DNA of 64,000 nt, taken from contig JACOVG010000011.1 of assembly GCA_016177405.1 (NCBI GenBank), forward strand, positions 7,910 through 71,909, written 5' to 3'. Shown here in pieces: positions 1 through 8,606 of the stretch. The notes beneath the pieces were generated by a model, which searched no databases, was not told where the DNA came from, and saw nothing but the letters and a program-made list of their open reading frames with translations. Within the stretch, counting starts at the first letter, position 1; each line of letters begins with the position of its first letter. Made by a program: the position numbers and the translations under genes. The stretch comes from Candidatus Omnitrophota bacterium (GTDB lineage Bacteria; Omnitrophota; Gorgyraeia; 1-14-0-20-64-10).

Positions 1-68
1 CAGGTCCAGCGCCGCGGCCAGAAGCATGTCGCCGCTGGCCCCGGAAGCGGCGTCAATAAACAGGACCA

Positions 69-737
69 TCAGGCCAAGGCGACGCGGCCGGCCAGGTACC
101 CTGCCCCGAAGCCGTTGTCGATGTTGACGACACCCACACCGGGCGAACAGCTGTTGAGCATCGTCAGCAAGGGAGCGATCCCCTGGAAGGAGGCGCCATA
201 GCCCACCGAGGTGGGAACCGCCACCACGGGCGAGGCCACCAGACCGCTGACCAGGCTGGCCAAGACGCCGTCCATCCCGGCCACCACCACGATCACCTTG
301 GCCCGGCGCAGGAGAGGCAGGTGTTTCGTCAGGCGCGCCAAGCCGGCCACCCCCACGTCAAAGAGGGATCGCGCCTGGCAGCCCATGATCTTCAAGGCCA
401 GCAACGCCTCCTCGGCCACCGGGATGTCGGCGGTTCCCGCCGTCACCACCCAGACCAACCCCCCGGCGGGTTTCCCCGGAAGCGGCCGGAAATTTCCCAC
501 CGCCATCCGCGGCTTTGGAAAATATTTGAGCCACGGGATCTTCCGCTTCAGGGCAAGCGCCGGCTGGGAAGCCAGCTTGGTGATCACCACCGGCTGGCCG
601 TGACGCTTCAAGGCCTTCGCGATCGAAGCCATCTGGGAGGCCGTCTTCCCCGGAGCGAAGATCACCTCCGGAAAGCCGCGCCGGGCGAGGCGGTTCACGT
701 CGACCTTGGCAAAATGAAGCTCTTTAAAGGAAGGCAA
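69..737 (-). CDS. larB: LarB-like / PurE-family (AIR-carboxylase-related) nucleotide carboxylase
   Basis: 222-aa ORF with PurE-fold motifs (VVVAGMDGVLASLVSGLV, PVVAVPTSVGYGASFQGIAPLLTMLNSC, VGVVNIDNGFGAGYLA) typical of the LarB branch. Family-level call from motifs only. Confidence 0.55.
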   Translation of the reverse strand: MPSFKELHFAKVDVNRLARRGFPEVIFAPGKTASQMASIAKALKRHGQPVVITKLASQPALALKRKIPWLKYFPKPRMAVGNFRPLPGKPAGGLVWVVTAGTADIPVAEEALLALKIMGCQARSLFDVGVAGLARLTKHLPLLRRAKVIVVVAGMDGVLASLVSGLVASPVVAVPTSVGYGASFQGIAPLLTMLNSCSPGVGVVNIDNGFGAGYLAGRVALA

Positions 738-745
738 AAGACCCC

Positions 746-1090
746 TTAGGAGAAGGCGAGAATGACGGCCAGCAGGATCAAAACGGCGACAACGGCAATC
801 AGATAAAAATCGTTGAAGTAAAAGAATTCCACCCAGCGTCCGGCCCGGGAGGGTGATCCCGACGGCCGGGGCTCGGCCAAGGGGGTCCGCTGGCCCGCCG
901 CCTTCTCCAGGTCACTGGCCCGGACGCGCAGAAGGGTCCCTCCCAAACGGAAGGCGGTCAGCTTCCCGGAACGGATCATGGCCTCCACGTCGTCGGCGGG
1001 AACCCCCAGCCGGCGCGCCGCCTCCTCCAGCGTCAGGAGCTTTTCTGGCTGGCCACCCACTCGTCTATCTGGCTCTTGTCGAACCGCCAT
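746..1090 (-). CDS. excisionase/MerR-type HTH DNA-binding protein with C-terminal transmembrane anchor
   Basis: HTH segment LLTLEEAARRLGVPADDVEAMIRSGKLTAFRLGGTLLRVRASDL followed by a hydrophobic tail FYLIAVVAVLILLAVILAFS. Start uncertain; the ORF overlaps the upstream gene by about 58 nt. Confidence 0.4.
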   Translation of the reverse strand: MAVRQEPDRRVGGQPEKLLTLEEAARRLGVPADDVEAMIRSGKLTAFRLGGTLLRVRASDLEKAAGQRTPLAEPRPSGSPSRAGRWVEFFYFNDFYLIAVVAVLILLAVILAFS

Positions 1091-1554
1091 TCGTCCCCCT
1101 GTTTCGTTGCCGGAATCTTACCGTCCCTGACCCAGTTGGAAAGAACCCCCTGCTCCACCTCCAGGTACTCCGCCACTTCCCCGAGGGTCATCCGGTCGGC
1201 CTCGGAGGACATCCGGATCGTTCCCTCGATCCGGGCTCCCTCCTCCACCACCAAGCGGGGTGTCGTGATCTCTCCGCGGATCATGGCCGGGGCCGCGACC
1301 CGAAGGCTCTTCTTGGCGGCAATCTTCCCGGTGACCCGGCCGGCGATGGTGATGGATTCCCCGGTGATGTCGGCCTCCACTTGGGCCTTCTCCCCGACGG
1401 TGAGGTCCCCCCGCGTCTCAAGCGTCCCCTTGAAAGGACCACTGATTCTCAAGGAGACCGGCTCCTTGAACACAAGGGTTCCCTGCATGCTGGCGGTCAC
1501 GTCCAGCACATCCTGGCCCTGCCGTGAAGATCTCCTTCGATTCATCCCCAGCAT
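1033..1554 (-). CDS. bactofilin-domain protein with fused C-terminal excisionase-type HTH
   Basis: Bactofilin-like beta-helical repeat pattern (DLTVGEKAQVEADITGESITIAGRVTGKIAAKKSLRVAAPAMIRGEITTPRLVVEEGARIEGTIRMS). C-terminal HTH (MTLGEVAEYLEVEQGVLSNWVRDGKIPATKQGDEWRFDKSQIDEW). Start taken as the ATG at 1554 (MLGMNRRR); the ORF-track start at 1665 is probably a false extension. Confidence 0.55.
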   Translation of the reverse strand: MLGMNRRRSSRQGQDVLDVTASMQGTLVFKEPVSLRISGPFKGTLETRGDLTVGEKAQVEADITGESITIAGRVTGKIAAKKSLRVAAPAMIRGEITTPRLVVEEGARIEGTIRMSSEADRMTLGEVAEYLEVEQGVLSNWVRDGKIPATKQGDEWRFDKSQIDEWVASQKSS

Positions 1555-1564
1555 GGCAATCCCC

Positions 1565-2011
1565 CTACACCGGCGGACGCTTGGAGCCCACCACGCGCCG
1601 CTCCACGCGGGAGAGCAAAAACAAAACCGACAGCACGATGAAGGTGGTGACGACGGCCCCCACATAAAAACCGGAGCCGACCGCCAGGCCGATGCCGGCC
1701 GCCGCCCAAAGGCTGGCCGCGGTGGTGAGGCCCTTCACCGAATCCCGGAATTGGATGATCGTTCCCGCCCCCAGGAAGCCGATTCCGCTCACCACCTGGG
1801 CGGCGATCCGGCCGGGGTCGATCTCGACGACGCCCCGGTAGAGCGCGAAGAGGTGCAGGCCGGTCAACATGATCAGGGTGGAGCCGGTGCACACCAGGAT
1901 GTGGGTCCGAAGCCCGGCCGCCCGGCCCTGAACCTCCCGCTCCAAACCCACCAACCCGCTGAAAAGCACCGACAGCAAAAGCCGCAGGATCACCTCGTTG
2001 TCTGAAATCAT
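1565..2011 (-). CDS. mgtC: MgtC/SapB family membrane protein
   Basis: 148 aa. N-terminal MgtC transmembrane domain pattern (LLLSVLFSGLVGLEREVQGRAAGLRTHILVCTGSTLIM...GIGFLGAGTI). Confidence 0.7.
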   Translation of the reverse strand: MISDNEVILRLLLSVLFSGLVGLEREVQGRAAGLRTHILVCTGSTLIMLTGLHLFALYRGVVEIDPGRIAAQVVSGIGFLGAGTIIQFRDSVKGLTTAASLWAAAGIGLAVGSGFYVGAVVTTFIVLSVLFLLSRVERRVVGSKRPPV

Positions 2012-3019
2012 TTAGTTCATCTCCACGGAAAGATCCGGAACCACCGTAAGCCGCGAAAGAGGCTGCCCCTTCAGATGAGCGCCCAGCCCCGCCACCATGA
2101 CCCCGTTGTCCGTCGACCAGGCCACCTCCGGCAAGGCGAGGTCGATCCCAAAATCCCCCGCCACCTCGGCCAAGCGCCCGCGCAGCCTGCCGTTGGCGAT
2201 CACCCCGCCGCCCACCACCAATCTCGGGACCCGGTGCTCCCGGCAGGCCCCAACCGCCTTCATCACCACCTCCTCCACCACGGAGGATTGAAAGCTGGCG
2301 GCCAGATCCGCGACAAAACCGGCGGAAAGAGAGCCCTCTTTCTGGATTTTGTGCAGAACCGCCGTCTTGATGCCGCTGAAAGAAAAATCGTACGGCGAGC
2401 CGCCCCGGATCTTCGGGACGGTGAACCGGAAGGCCCGGGGATCGCCCCGGAGGGCCGCCCGCTCAATCTCCGGGCCCCCGGGAAATCCCAGCGACATCAG
2501 CTTGGCCGTCTTGTCAAAGGCCTCGCCCACCGCGTCGTCGCGGGTCTGACCCAGAGCACGGCAGCGCTTCGTCCCCTCCATCAGGATCAGGGCCGTGTGC
2601 CCCCCCGAGATCACCAAGCCGATCGCCGGCTCCGTGAGGGCCATGGGATCGCGGCCCAGGAGGGCGGCATACAGGTGGGCTTGCAAATGGTTGACCCCAA
2701 TCACCGGTTTTCCCCACGCCAGGCCCAGCGCCTTGGCGGCCGCCACGCCGACGGCCAGCGAACCGGACAGGCCCGGCCCGTAGGTCACCGCGATTTGGTC
2801 AACCGCCGAAGGGCCGATCTTCGCCTGGGCCAGAAGATTCTCCAATTCCCGGGTGATGAGCTCCACATGAAAGCGGCTGACGATCTCCGGCACCACCCCG
2901 CCATAAGGGCGCAGGCGCTGAAGGCTTGACGCGGTGCAGGCCGCCAGGATCCGGCGGCCGTCTTCCACCAGCCCCAGGGCCGTCTCATCGCAAGAGGTTT
3001 CTATCCCCAGCACGATCAC
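2012..3019 (-). CDS. tsaD: tRNA N6-adenosine threonylcarbamoyltransferase TsaD (Kae1/Gcp family)
   Basis: MIVLGIETSCDETALGLV N-terminus, GVNHLQAH metal-binding motif, and conservation along the full 335 aa. Confidence 0.9.
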   Translation of the reverse strand: MIVLGIETSCDETALGLVEDGRRILAACTASSLQRLRPYGGVVPEIVSRFHVELITRELENLLAQAKIGPSAVDQIAVTYGPGLSGSLAVGVAAAKALGLAWGKPVIGVNHLQAHLYAALLGRDPMALTEPAIGLVISGGHTALILMEGTKRCRALGQTRDDAVGEAFDKTAKLMSLGFPGGPEIERAALRGDPRAFRFTVPKIRGGSPYDFSFSGIKTAVLHKIQKEGSLSAGFVADLAASFQSSVVEEVVMKAVGACREHRVPRLVVGGGVIANGRLRGRLAEVAGDFGIDLALPEVAWSTDNGVMVAGLGAHLKGQPLSRLTVVPDLSVEMN

Positions 3020-3031
3020 CCCGCCAGAATA

Positions 3032-3871
3032 TCACCGGCGCGGCGTCTCGGCAAGATCGGAGGCGTGAACCAAACGGTATCCGGCCCGACGGAGAGCCGG
3101 GCAGGCGGCCTCCAGAACCTTCAGGGTCGAGGGCCGGTCGTGGCCGATCCCGATGGCCTGCCCTTCCCGGGCGGCGATCTCGGCCAGGCGGGAGAGGCTC
3201 TTCAGGATCTCCGAGGCGGCCGGGTCGTTGTCCAGGAAGACCGATCGCCTGGCGAATCTCACCCGCGCCTCGCGGGCCGCTTCGGCGCAGACCGATTGGT
3301 CCGTCACAAAGGAATCCAGAAAGAAGAGGCCCCGGCGCTTGATCTCTTTCAAGAGCGCGGTCATCAACCGCGAGTCGGCGGTCGCCTTGGACCCCTGGTG
3401 GTTGTTCACCCCCCGGGCGAAGGGAACGCTCGCGAGGGACTTCTCAAGGAAATCAACCGCCTCCTCGTCTGTCATTCCGGTCAAAAGGGTGGCCGCCTCC
3501 CGGGGCTCGGCGGAACCCAGGGGCTCCATCGGCAAATGAAGGATCACCGCGTGGCCATTGGCGTGGGCCTCCTTGGCCGCGGCGGCGGAATAGGGGAGGT
3601 TGGGCAGAACCGCCACGGTCAGAGGCGTCCTGATCTTTCTTAAATAGGGCAGCTGCCCCGCACCATAACCCCAATCGTCCAGGACAATGGCGATCCTTCC
3701 CTTCCCTCGGGCGAAGGCGGGGCCGGCCGCTTCCTCGACCCGGGCGGGGGGAGTTTCCCGGGGGACGGGAGTCTGCTTCGCGGGCCGGATGGGGCCAAAG
3801 GCATACCAGAAAATCCACAAAAGCCCGGCCAGCGCGAAGAGCCCGGCCGCCCACCAGCGGGCCTTGTTCAC
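3032..3871 (-). CDS. divergent polysaccharide deacetylase (YibQ-like) with N-terminal signal/TM
   Basis: Signal/TM segment MNKARWWAAGLFALAGLLWIFWY. IAIVLDDWGY and NHQGS motifs of the YibQ/DUF610 deacetylase-like family. Confidence 0.65.
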   Translation of the reverse strand: MNKARWWAAGLFALAGLLWIFWYAFGPIRPAKQTPVPRETPPARVEEAAGPAFARGKGRIAIVLDDWGYGAGQLPYLRKIRTPLTVAVLPNLPYSAAAAKEAHANGHAVILHLPMEPLGSAEPREAATLLTGMTDEEAVDFLEKSLASVPFARGVNNHQGSKATADSRLMTALLKEIKRRGLFFLDSFVTDQSVCAEAAREARVRFARRSVFLDNDPAASEILKSLSRLAEIAAREGQAIGIGHDRPSTLKVLEAACPALRRAGYRLVHASDLAETPRR

Positions 3872-3875
3872 CGGC

Positions 3876-5180
3876 TTACGATTTTCCCTTGAGGACCTTG
3901 AGCCCCTTCAAAAGATCCACCGCCCTCAAAACGAGGGAGTCCTCTTCGGGTTTCGCGCCGGAGCGGCTCTCCGGAGGGGCCTTCTCCTCCACCACCACAT
4001 CCGGCTCCAGGCCCTTGCCGTGGATGATGACGCCCGAGGGGGTGTAATACTTGGCGGTGGTCAGCCGGATCGCCGAGCCGTCCTTCAGGGGAATCACCGT
4101 CTGCACCGAGCCCTTGCCAAAGGTCCGGGTCCCCATCAGGATCGCCCGATGGTGATCCTTCAGGGCGCCGGCCACAATCTCCGAGGCGGAGGCGGAGCCG
4201 CCGTTGACCAGGATCACCATGGGAAAGGCGATGAGCGGGCTCTCGGAGCGGGAGATGAACTCCAGGTTCTGGCCCTTCACGCGCCCCTTGGTGGAGACGA
4301 TCGGCTTGCCCTTCTCCAGGAAGAGCTCGGCCACCTCCACCGCCACGTCCAGAAGCCCCCCGGGGTTGTTGCGCAGATCCAGAATCAACCCCTCGAATCC
4401 GCTCACGCGCAGCTCCTGCAGGGCCCTGCGCAGATCGGCCGGCGTGTTGTCCTGAAACTCGGTGATCCGGACGTAGGCGATCCCCGGCGCGGCCCAGCGG
4501 GCCTGGCGGACCGAGTGGATCTGAATGATCGAGCGGGTCAGGGTGACGTCGAAGAGGCGGTTCTCCGATTCCCGGAGGATCGTGAGGGTGACCCGGGTTC
4601 CGGGCCGGCCCCGGAGGCGCTTCACCGCCTCGTGCAGAGAGACATCCCGGATCGCCTGGCCCTCGATCTTGGTGACCTTGTCGTTGGGCTTCAGGCCCGC
4701 CTTGGCGGCGGGCGTGTCGTCGATGGGGGCGACCACCGTCAGGTTGCCGTCCTTGGAAACCGAGATCTCCAGGCCCACCCCGCCGAACTCCCCCTTGGTA
4801 TCCACCTGCATCTCGGTGAAGGCGTCGGGATCCAAAAACTGGCTGTGGGGATCGAGCGAGCCCACCAGCCCCCGCAGGGCGCCGTAGATCAACTCCTTGG
4901 GGGCCACCGGGTCCACGTATTCGTTCTGGATGATGGTGATCGCCTCGGCCAGGATCTCCACCTGGTCGTAGATCGCCTCCTGCGCGGCCTTGAGGGCCTG
5001 CGAGGCCCGGGGAGCAAAGAGGAAGGAAGACAAAAACAGAAGGAAGAGGGGGACGCTCCAAAAAGGGACACTCTTATTCGCACGTGCAGCCCTCAGGAAC
5101 GCTCCTGTACGAAGGTGTGTCCCAAAATGGAGCGTCCCCTTTTCCTTTCCGCGCGGACCACGCGAGCGAAGCAATCTCAT
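3876..5180 (-). CDS. ctpA: carboxyl-terminal processing protease (S41 family)
   Basis: PDZ domain followed by S41 catalytic region (GLILDLRNNPGG, GSASASEIVAGAL, FGKGSVQ). ATGA overlap with the gatB stop. Long basic N-region before the hydrophobic segment leaves the start slightly uncertain. Confidence 0.85.
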   Translation of the reverse strand: MRLLRSRGPRGKEKGTLHFGTHLRTGAFLRAARANKSVPFWSVPLFLLFLSSFLFAPRASQALKAAQEAIYDQVEILAEAITIIQNEYVDPVAPKELIYGALRGLVGSLDPHSQFLDPDAFTEMQVDTKGEFGGVGLEISVSKDGNLTVVAPIDDTPAAKAGLKPNDKVTKIEGQAIRDVSLHEAVKRLRGRPGTRVTLTILRESENRLFDVTLTRSIIQIHSVRQARWAAPGIAYVRITEFQDNTPADLRRALQELRVSGFEGLILDLRNNPGGLLDVAVEVAELFLEKGKPIVSTKGRVKGQNLEFISRSESPLIAFPMVILVNGGSASASEIVAGALKDHHRAILMGTRTFGKGSVQTVIPLKDGSAIRLTTAKYYTPSGVIIHGKGLEPDVVVEEKAPPESRSGAKPEEDSLVLRAVDLLKGLKVLKGKS

Positions 5181-6631
5181 CTCTTATTCTCCTTTAAGAG
5201 TTCCCGAAGGGTCTCCTGGGCCAGCGCCGGGGAGGCGCTTCCCTGGGTCCTTCGCATCAACTGACCCACCAAGAACATCAGGGCCCGCGGTTTGCCCTTC
5301 TTGAAGTCCTCCACGGCCCCCGGATTCTCCTGAATCACGGCCTGGGCGCTCTCTCGAATCCGCCCAGCGTCCGTCACCTGGGCGAGGTTCCTCGCCTGGA
5401 CGTGCCGGGCGGGAGACTCTCCGCTTTTCACGACCTCGGCAAAAACCTCCTTGGCCATCTTGTGGCTGATCTTGCCCGAATCCACCAATTGGACCAGCTC
5501 GAGCAAGTGGCCGGGCGAAAACTGAAGCGCCGTGATCTCCTCGAGATTCCTCTCGTTCATGACCCTGGCGATCTCCCCCAGAATCCAGTTGGCGATCGCC
5601 TTGAAGGTGCCTGGCTCCGGCCGAAGGCCGGCGCCTGCCACCGCCTTCACGCACGCCTCAAAGTAGTCGGCCGCCGCCCTGGAGGCGGTGACCCCCCGCG
5701 CGTCCGCGGGAGTCAGGCCGAAGCTCGCCGCAAATCGCTTGGCCTTGGCCGCCGGAAGCTCGGGCAGCTCCTCGCGGATCACCTCAATCTCCTTTTCCGT
5801 CAGCGAGAAAGGAACCAAGTCCGGCTCGGGGAAATAGCGGTAATCGTGGGCGTACTCCTTGCTGCGCATCCCCAGGGTGATCCCCCGCGCGTCGTCGAAG
5901 AGGCGCGTCTCCTGCGCGACCTTTTCCCCCGCCTCCAAGAGCTTCCCCTGGCGCTCGATCTCGTGGGTCAAGGCCCGCCCCACCGACTTGAAGGAGTTCA
6001 GGTTCTTGACCTCCACCTTGGTGCCCAATTCCTCTGACGGCCTTCTCAACGACACATTCGTGTCGCAGCGAAGCGAGCCCTTCTCCATATCGCAGTCCGA
6101 CACTTCCAGATACTGGAGGATCGCCTTCAGGGTTTTCAGGTACGCCTGGGCCTCCTCGGGCGAGGCCAGATCCGGCTCGGAGACGATCTCCAGCAGGGGC
6201 ATCCCGGAGCGGTTAAAATCCACCAGGGAGGCATCCTCCCCCTCCTTGTGGATCAGCTTGCCCGCGTCCTCCTCCAGGTGAACCCGGTGGACCCGGATTC
6301 TCCGCTCACCCACCTCCACCGATCCCGAGCGCCCCAGCGGCAGATCGTACTGGGAGATCTGAAAGTCCTTCGGCAGATCCGGATAAAAGTAATTCTTCCG
6401 GTGAAAGACGATCGTGGGCTCAATCCGGCAGCCCAGGGCCAAGGCGGTTCGGATCCCAAGCGCGAGGACCTTCCGGTTCAAGACCGGCAAGACCCCCGGA
6501 AACCCCAAGCAGACCGGGCAGACCTGGCTGTTGGCGGCGGCCCCGAAGGTCGTGGCACAGCCGCAGAAGATCTTGGAGCGGGTCGCGAGCTGAAGGTGGA
6601 CCTCCAGCCCGATCACCGGGACGTATGTCAT
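5177..6631 (-). CDS. gatB: Asp-tRNA(Asn)/Glu-tRNA(Gln) amidotransferase subunit B
   Basis: MTYVPVIGLEVHLQLATRSKIFCGC N-terminus and GatB/YqeY C-terminal tail. ATGA overlap with the gatA stop at 6628-6631. The ORF-track start at 6766 is a 5' over-extension. Confidence 0.9.
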   Translation of the reverse strand: MTYVPVIGLEVHLQLATRSKIFCGCATTFGAAANSQVCPVCLGFPGVLPVLNRKVLALGIRTALALGCRIEPTIVFHRKNYFYPDLPKDFQISQYDLPLGRSGSVEVGERRIRVHRVHLEEDAGKLIHKEGEDASLVDFNRSGMPLLEIVSEPDLASPEEAQAYLKTLKAILQYLEVSDCDMEKGSLRCDTNVSLRRPSEELGTKVEVKNLNSFKSVGRALTHEIERQGKLLEAGEKVAQETRLFDDARGITLGMRSKEYAHDYRYFPEPDLVPFSLTEKEIEVIREELPELPAAKAKRFAASFGLTPADARGVTASRAAADYFEACVKAVAGAGLRPEPGTFKAIANWILGEIARVMNERNLEEITALQFSPGHLLELVQLVDSGKISHKMAKEVFAEVVKSGESPARHVQARNLAQVTDAGRIRESAQAVIQENPGAVEDFKKGKPRALMFLVGQLMRRTQGSASPALAQETLRELLKENKR

Positions 6632-8067
6632 CGGATTTTCGGCTCCCGCTTGTGCCAGCCGGACGCCTGCTCGTACGCGTGAGCCGCCTGAAAGAGCTCG
6701 GCCTCCGCGAAGGGCTTGGCGATGAGCTGCATCCCGATGGGAAGCCCCGCGGGGGTGAACCCGCACGGCAGCGACAGGGCCGGCACGCCGGCCAAGTTCA
6801 CCGAGATCGTGTAAATATCGGAAAGGTACATGGTGAGGGGGTCCGAGAGCTTCTCCCCCAGCCGGAAGGCAGGCGTGGGGGAGGTGGGGGTCATCAGAAG
6901 ATCCACCGCCTCGAAGGCCTTGTCAAAATCCCGCCGGATCAAGGTCCTCACCTTCAGGGCGTGAGCGTAATAGGCCTCGTAGTAGCCGGAGGAGAGGACA
7001 AAGGTTCCCAGGATGATCCGCCGCTTCGCCTCCGGGCCAAAACCCTGCCCACGCGTCTTGCCGTACATCGCGAGCAAGGAATCCCCTTCCCCGGACCGGT
7101 AGCCGTACTGCACCCCGTCGAAGCGGGCGAGGTTGGAGCTCGCCTCGGCCGTGGCCACAATGTAGTAAGTCGGGATGGCGTACTCGGTGTGAGGAAGCGA
7201 TACCTCTTGGATCTTGAGCCCCAGCTTCCTGAATTGCTCAAGGGCCGCCTCCAAGGCTTTTTTCACTTCCGGGTCCAGGCCGTCAATCAGATATTCCTTC
7301 GGAACCCCAACCCGAAGCCCCTTAACCGGCTTCTTAAGCTCCTCCAGGCAGTTGGGAACCTTCGCCTCCACCGAGGTGGAATCACGCTGGTCAAAGCCGG
7401 CGATGCCGGAAAACAAAAGGGCGCAGTCCTCCACCGTCTTGGCGATCGGCCCGATCTGATCCAGTGACGAGGCGAAGGCGATCAGCCCATACCGGGAGAC
7501 CCGGCCGTACGTCGGCTTTAAGCCCACCACCCCGCAGAAGGAGGCCGGCTGGCGGATCGATCCGCCGGTGTCCGAGCCCAAGGCAAGCGGCGTCATGCCG
7601 GCGGCCACCGCCGCGGCCGAGCCGCCGCTGGAGCCGCCAGGGACCCTGGCGGTATCCCAGGGGTTCAGGGTGGGTCCGTACGAGGAGTATTCGCAGGAAG
7701 AGCCGAAGGCAAACTCGTCCATGTTGGCCATCCCCAGAAGGATGGCGCCGGCCGCCTTAAGCCTTTCAATCACGGTGGCGTTGTAGGGCGGCCTGAACCT
7801 CGCCAGGATCTTGGAGGCGCAGGTGGTGGGCACCCCTTCGACACAAAGGTTGTCCTTGACCAGGACCGGGACCCCCCAGAGCGGGCCCTTGGACTTTCCG
7901 TCCGCCGTGAGCGCCCCGGCCTGCTTCCGGACAAACTCCGGGTCAAACCAGACCAGCGCCTTGAGCTTGGGCTGGAGCTCCTCGATCTTTTTGATAAAGG
8001 TCTCGGCAATCTCCGGGGGAGCGGCCTTGCCTGTTTGGTAGATAGCTTGAATTTCGCGGGCTGTCAT
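6628..8067 (-). CDS. gatA: Glu-tRNA(Gln) amidotransferase subunit A (amidase signature)
   Basis: Amidase signature GGSSGGSAAAVAAG and GSDTGGSIRQPASFCG. Start placed at MTAREIQAIY (8067). Confidence 0.9.
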   Translation of the reverse strand: MTAREIQAIYQTGKAAPPEIAETFIKKIEELQPKLKALVWFDPEFVRKQAGALTADGKSKGPLWGVPVLVKDNLCVEGVPTTCASKILARFRPPYNATVIERLKAAGAILLGMANMDEFAFGSSCEYSSYGPTLNPWDTARVPGGSSGGSAAAVAAGMTPLALGSDTGGSIRQPASFCGVVGLKPTYGRVSRYGLIAFASSLDQIGPIAKTVEDCALLFSGIAGFDQRDSTSVEAKVPNCLEELKKPVKGLRVGVPKEYLIDGLDPEVKKALEAALEQFRKLGLKIQEVSLPHTEYAIPTYYIVATAEASSNLARFDGVQYGYRSGEGDSLLAMYGKTRGQGFGPEAKRRIILGTFVLSSGYYEAYYAHALKVRTLIRRDFDKAFEAVDLLMTPTSPTPAFRLGEKLSDPLTMYLSDIYTISVNLAGVPALSLPCGFTPAGLPIGMQLIAKPFAEAELFQAAHAYEQASGWHKREPKIR

Positions 8068-8101
8068 TGGCAGGAGTAAAAACTCTCGGCCGTCATTGCG
8101 A

Positions 8102-8123
8102 CCCGCCAACGTTCTTTGGCGGG
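8102..8123. repeat. palindromic element CCGCCAA-N6-TTGGCGG (copy 1), gatA-gatC intergenic
   Basis: cccgccaa cgttct ttggcggg: perfect 8-bp inverted repeat. A second near-identical copy lies at 8499-8522. Confidence 0.5.
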
Positions 8124-8144
8124 GAAGCAATCCCGTTCTTCAGA

Positions 8145-8438
8145 TTAACTCGCCTCAATGATCTTCGGCACCTTGAAGAAGTTCCCCTCTCGGGAAGGCG
8201 CGTTGGCCAGGGCCTGCTCGGGCTTTAACGAGGGCTGAACCTCATCCTCCCGGAAGACGTTGGCCAGGGCCTCGACGTGACTGGTGGGGGGAACCCCTTG
8301 GGTCTTGGCTTCTTTCAGCTTCTCGACATAGGCCAGGATCTCGTCGAGCTCCCGGGTGAACTTCTTCAGCTCCTCGGGGGTGAGCTCGATCCTCGCCAGG
8401 AGGGCCAGATACTCAACGTCCTTAACGGTGATCGCCAT
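8145..8438 (-). CDS. gatC: Glu-tRNA(Gln) amidotransferase subunit C
   Basis: 97 aa. MAITVKDVEYLALLARIELTPEE motif typical of GatC. Operon position upstream of gatA. Confidence 0.85.
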   Translation of the reverse strand: MAITVKDVEYLALLARIELTPEELKKFTRELDEILAYVEKLKEAKTQGVPPTSHVEALANVFREDEVQPSLKPEQALANAPSREGNFFKVPKIIEAS

Positions 8439-8444
8439 GGGGCC

Positions 8445-8473
8445 ATCTTAGCAGGCCCAAATCGCCAAATCAA
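8445..8473 (-). promoter_or_regulatory. putative sigma70-type promoter for gatC (TTGATT-N17-TAAGAT), possibly leaderless
   Basis: On the minus strand the -35 TTGATT lies at 8473-8468 and the -10 TAAGAT at 8450-8445, with a 17-nt spacer. The gatC ATG begins 7 nt after the -10 and no Shine-Dalgarno sequence is visible. Sequence-only prediction. Confidence 0.3.
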
Positions 8474-8498
8474 CGTGCGGAAACCACCGTCATCTCGA

Positions 8499-8522
8499 GT
8501 CCGCCAACAATCTTTGGCGGAC
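8499..8522. repeat. palindromic element CCGCCAA-N6-TTGGCGG (copy 2), upstream of gatC promoter
   Basis: gtccgccaa caatct ttggcggac: 9-bp inverted repeat sharing the same core as the element at 8102-8123. Confidence 0.5.
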
Positions 8523-8574
8523 GAGAGATCTCGCTTGGGATGGTTCTGTGGAAGGAATTACGCTTGGGTGGTGA

Positions 8575-8599
8575 GGGTGCCAGGCTTTAGACTGGCACC
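8575..8599 (-). other. stem-loop GGTGCCAG-N8-CTGGCACC about 7 nt after the giant-gene stop
   Basis: 8-bp GC-rich inverted repeat. No U-tract follows it on the minus strand, so it is not a canonical intrinsic terminator. The stem sequence recurs at 37950-37976. Confidence 0.4.
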
Positions 8600-8606
8600 G
8601 TCTGAA

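Noticed and set aside
3687-5264. Long plus-strand ORF (525 aa) and similar ones at 15769-16629, 19343-21241, 21385-22611, 23140-24465, 30122-31969, 32226-33653, 35346-36932, 40441-42027, 41645-43108, 47041-48702, 48768-50036, 57404-58828
   Set aside because: Each lies antisense to a well-supported minus-strand gene. Translations are Arg/Gly/Pro-rich low-complexity sequence typical of antisense frames in high-GC DNA, with no recognisable domains. They were treated as artefacts.
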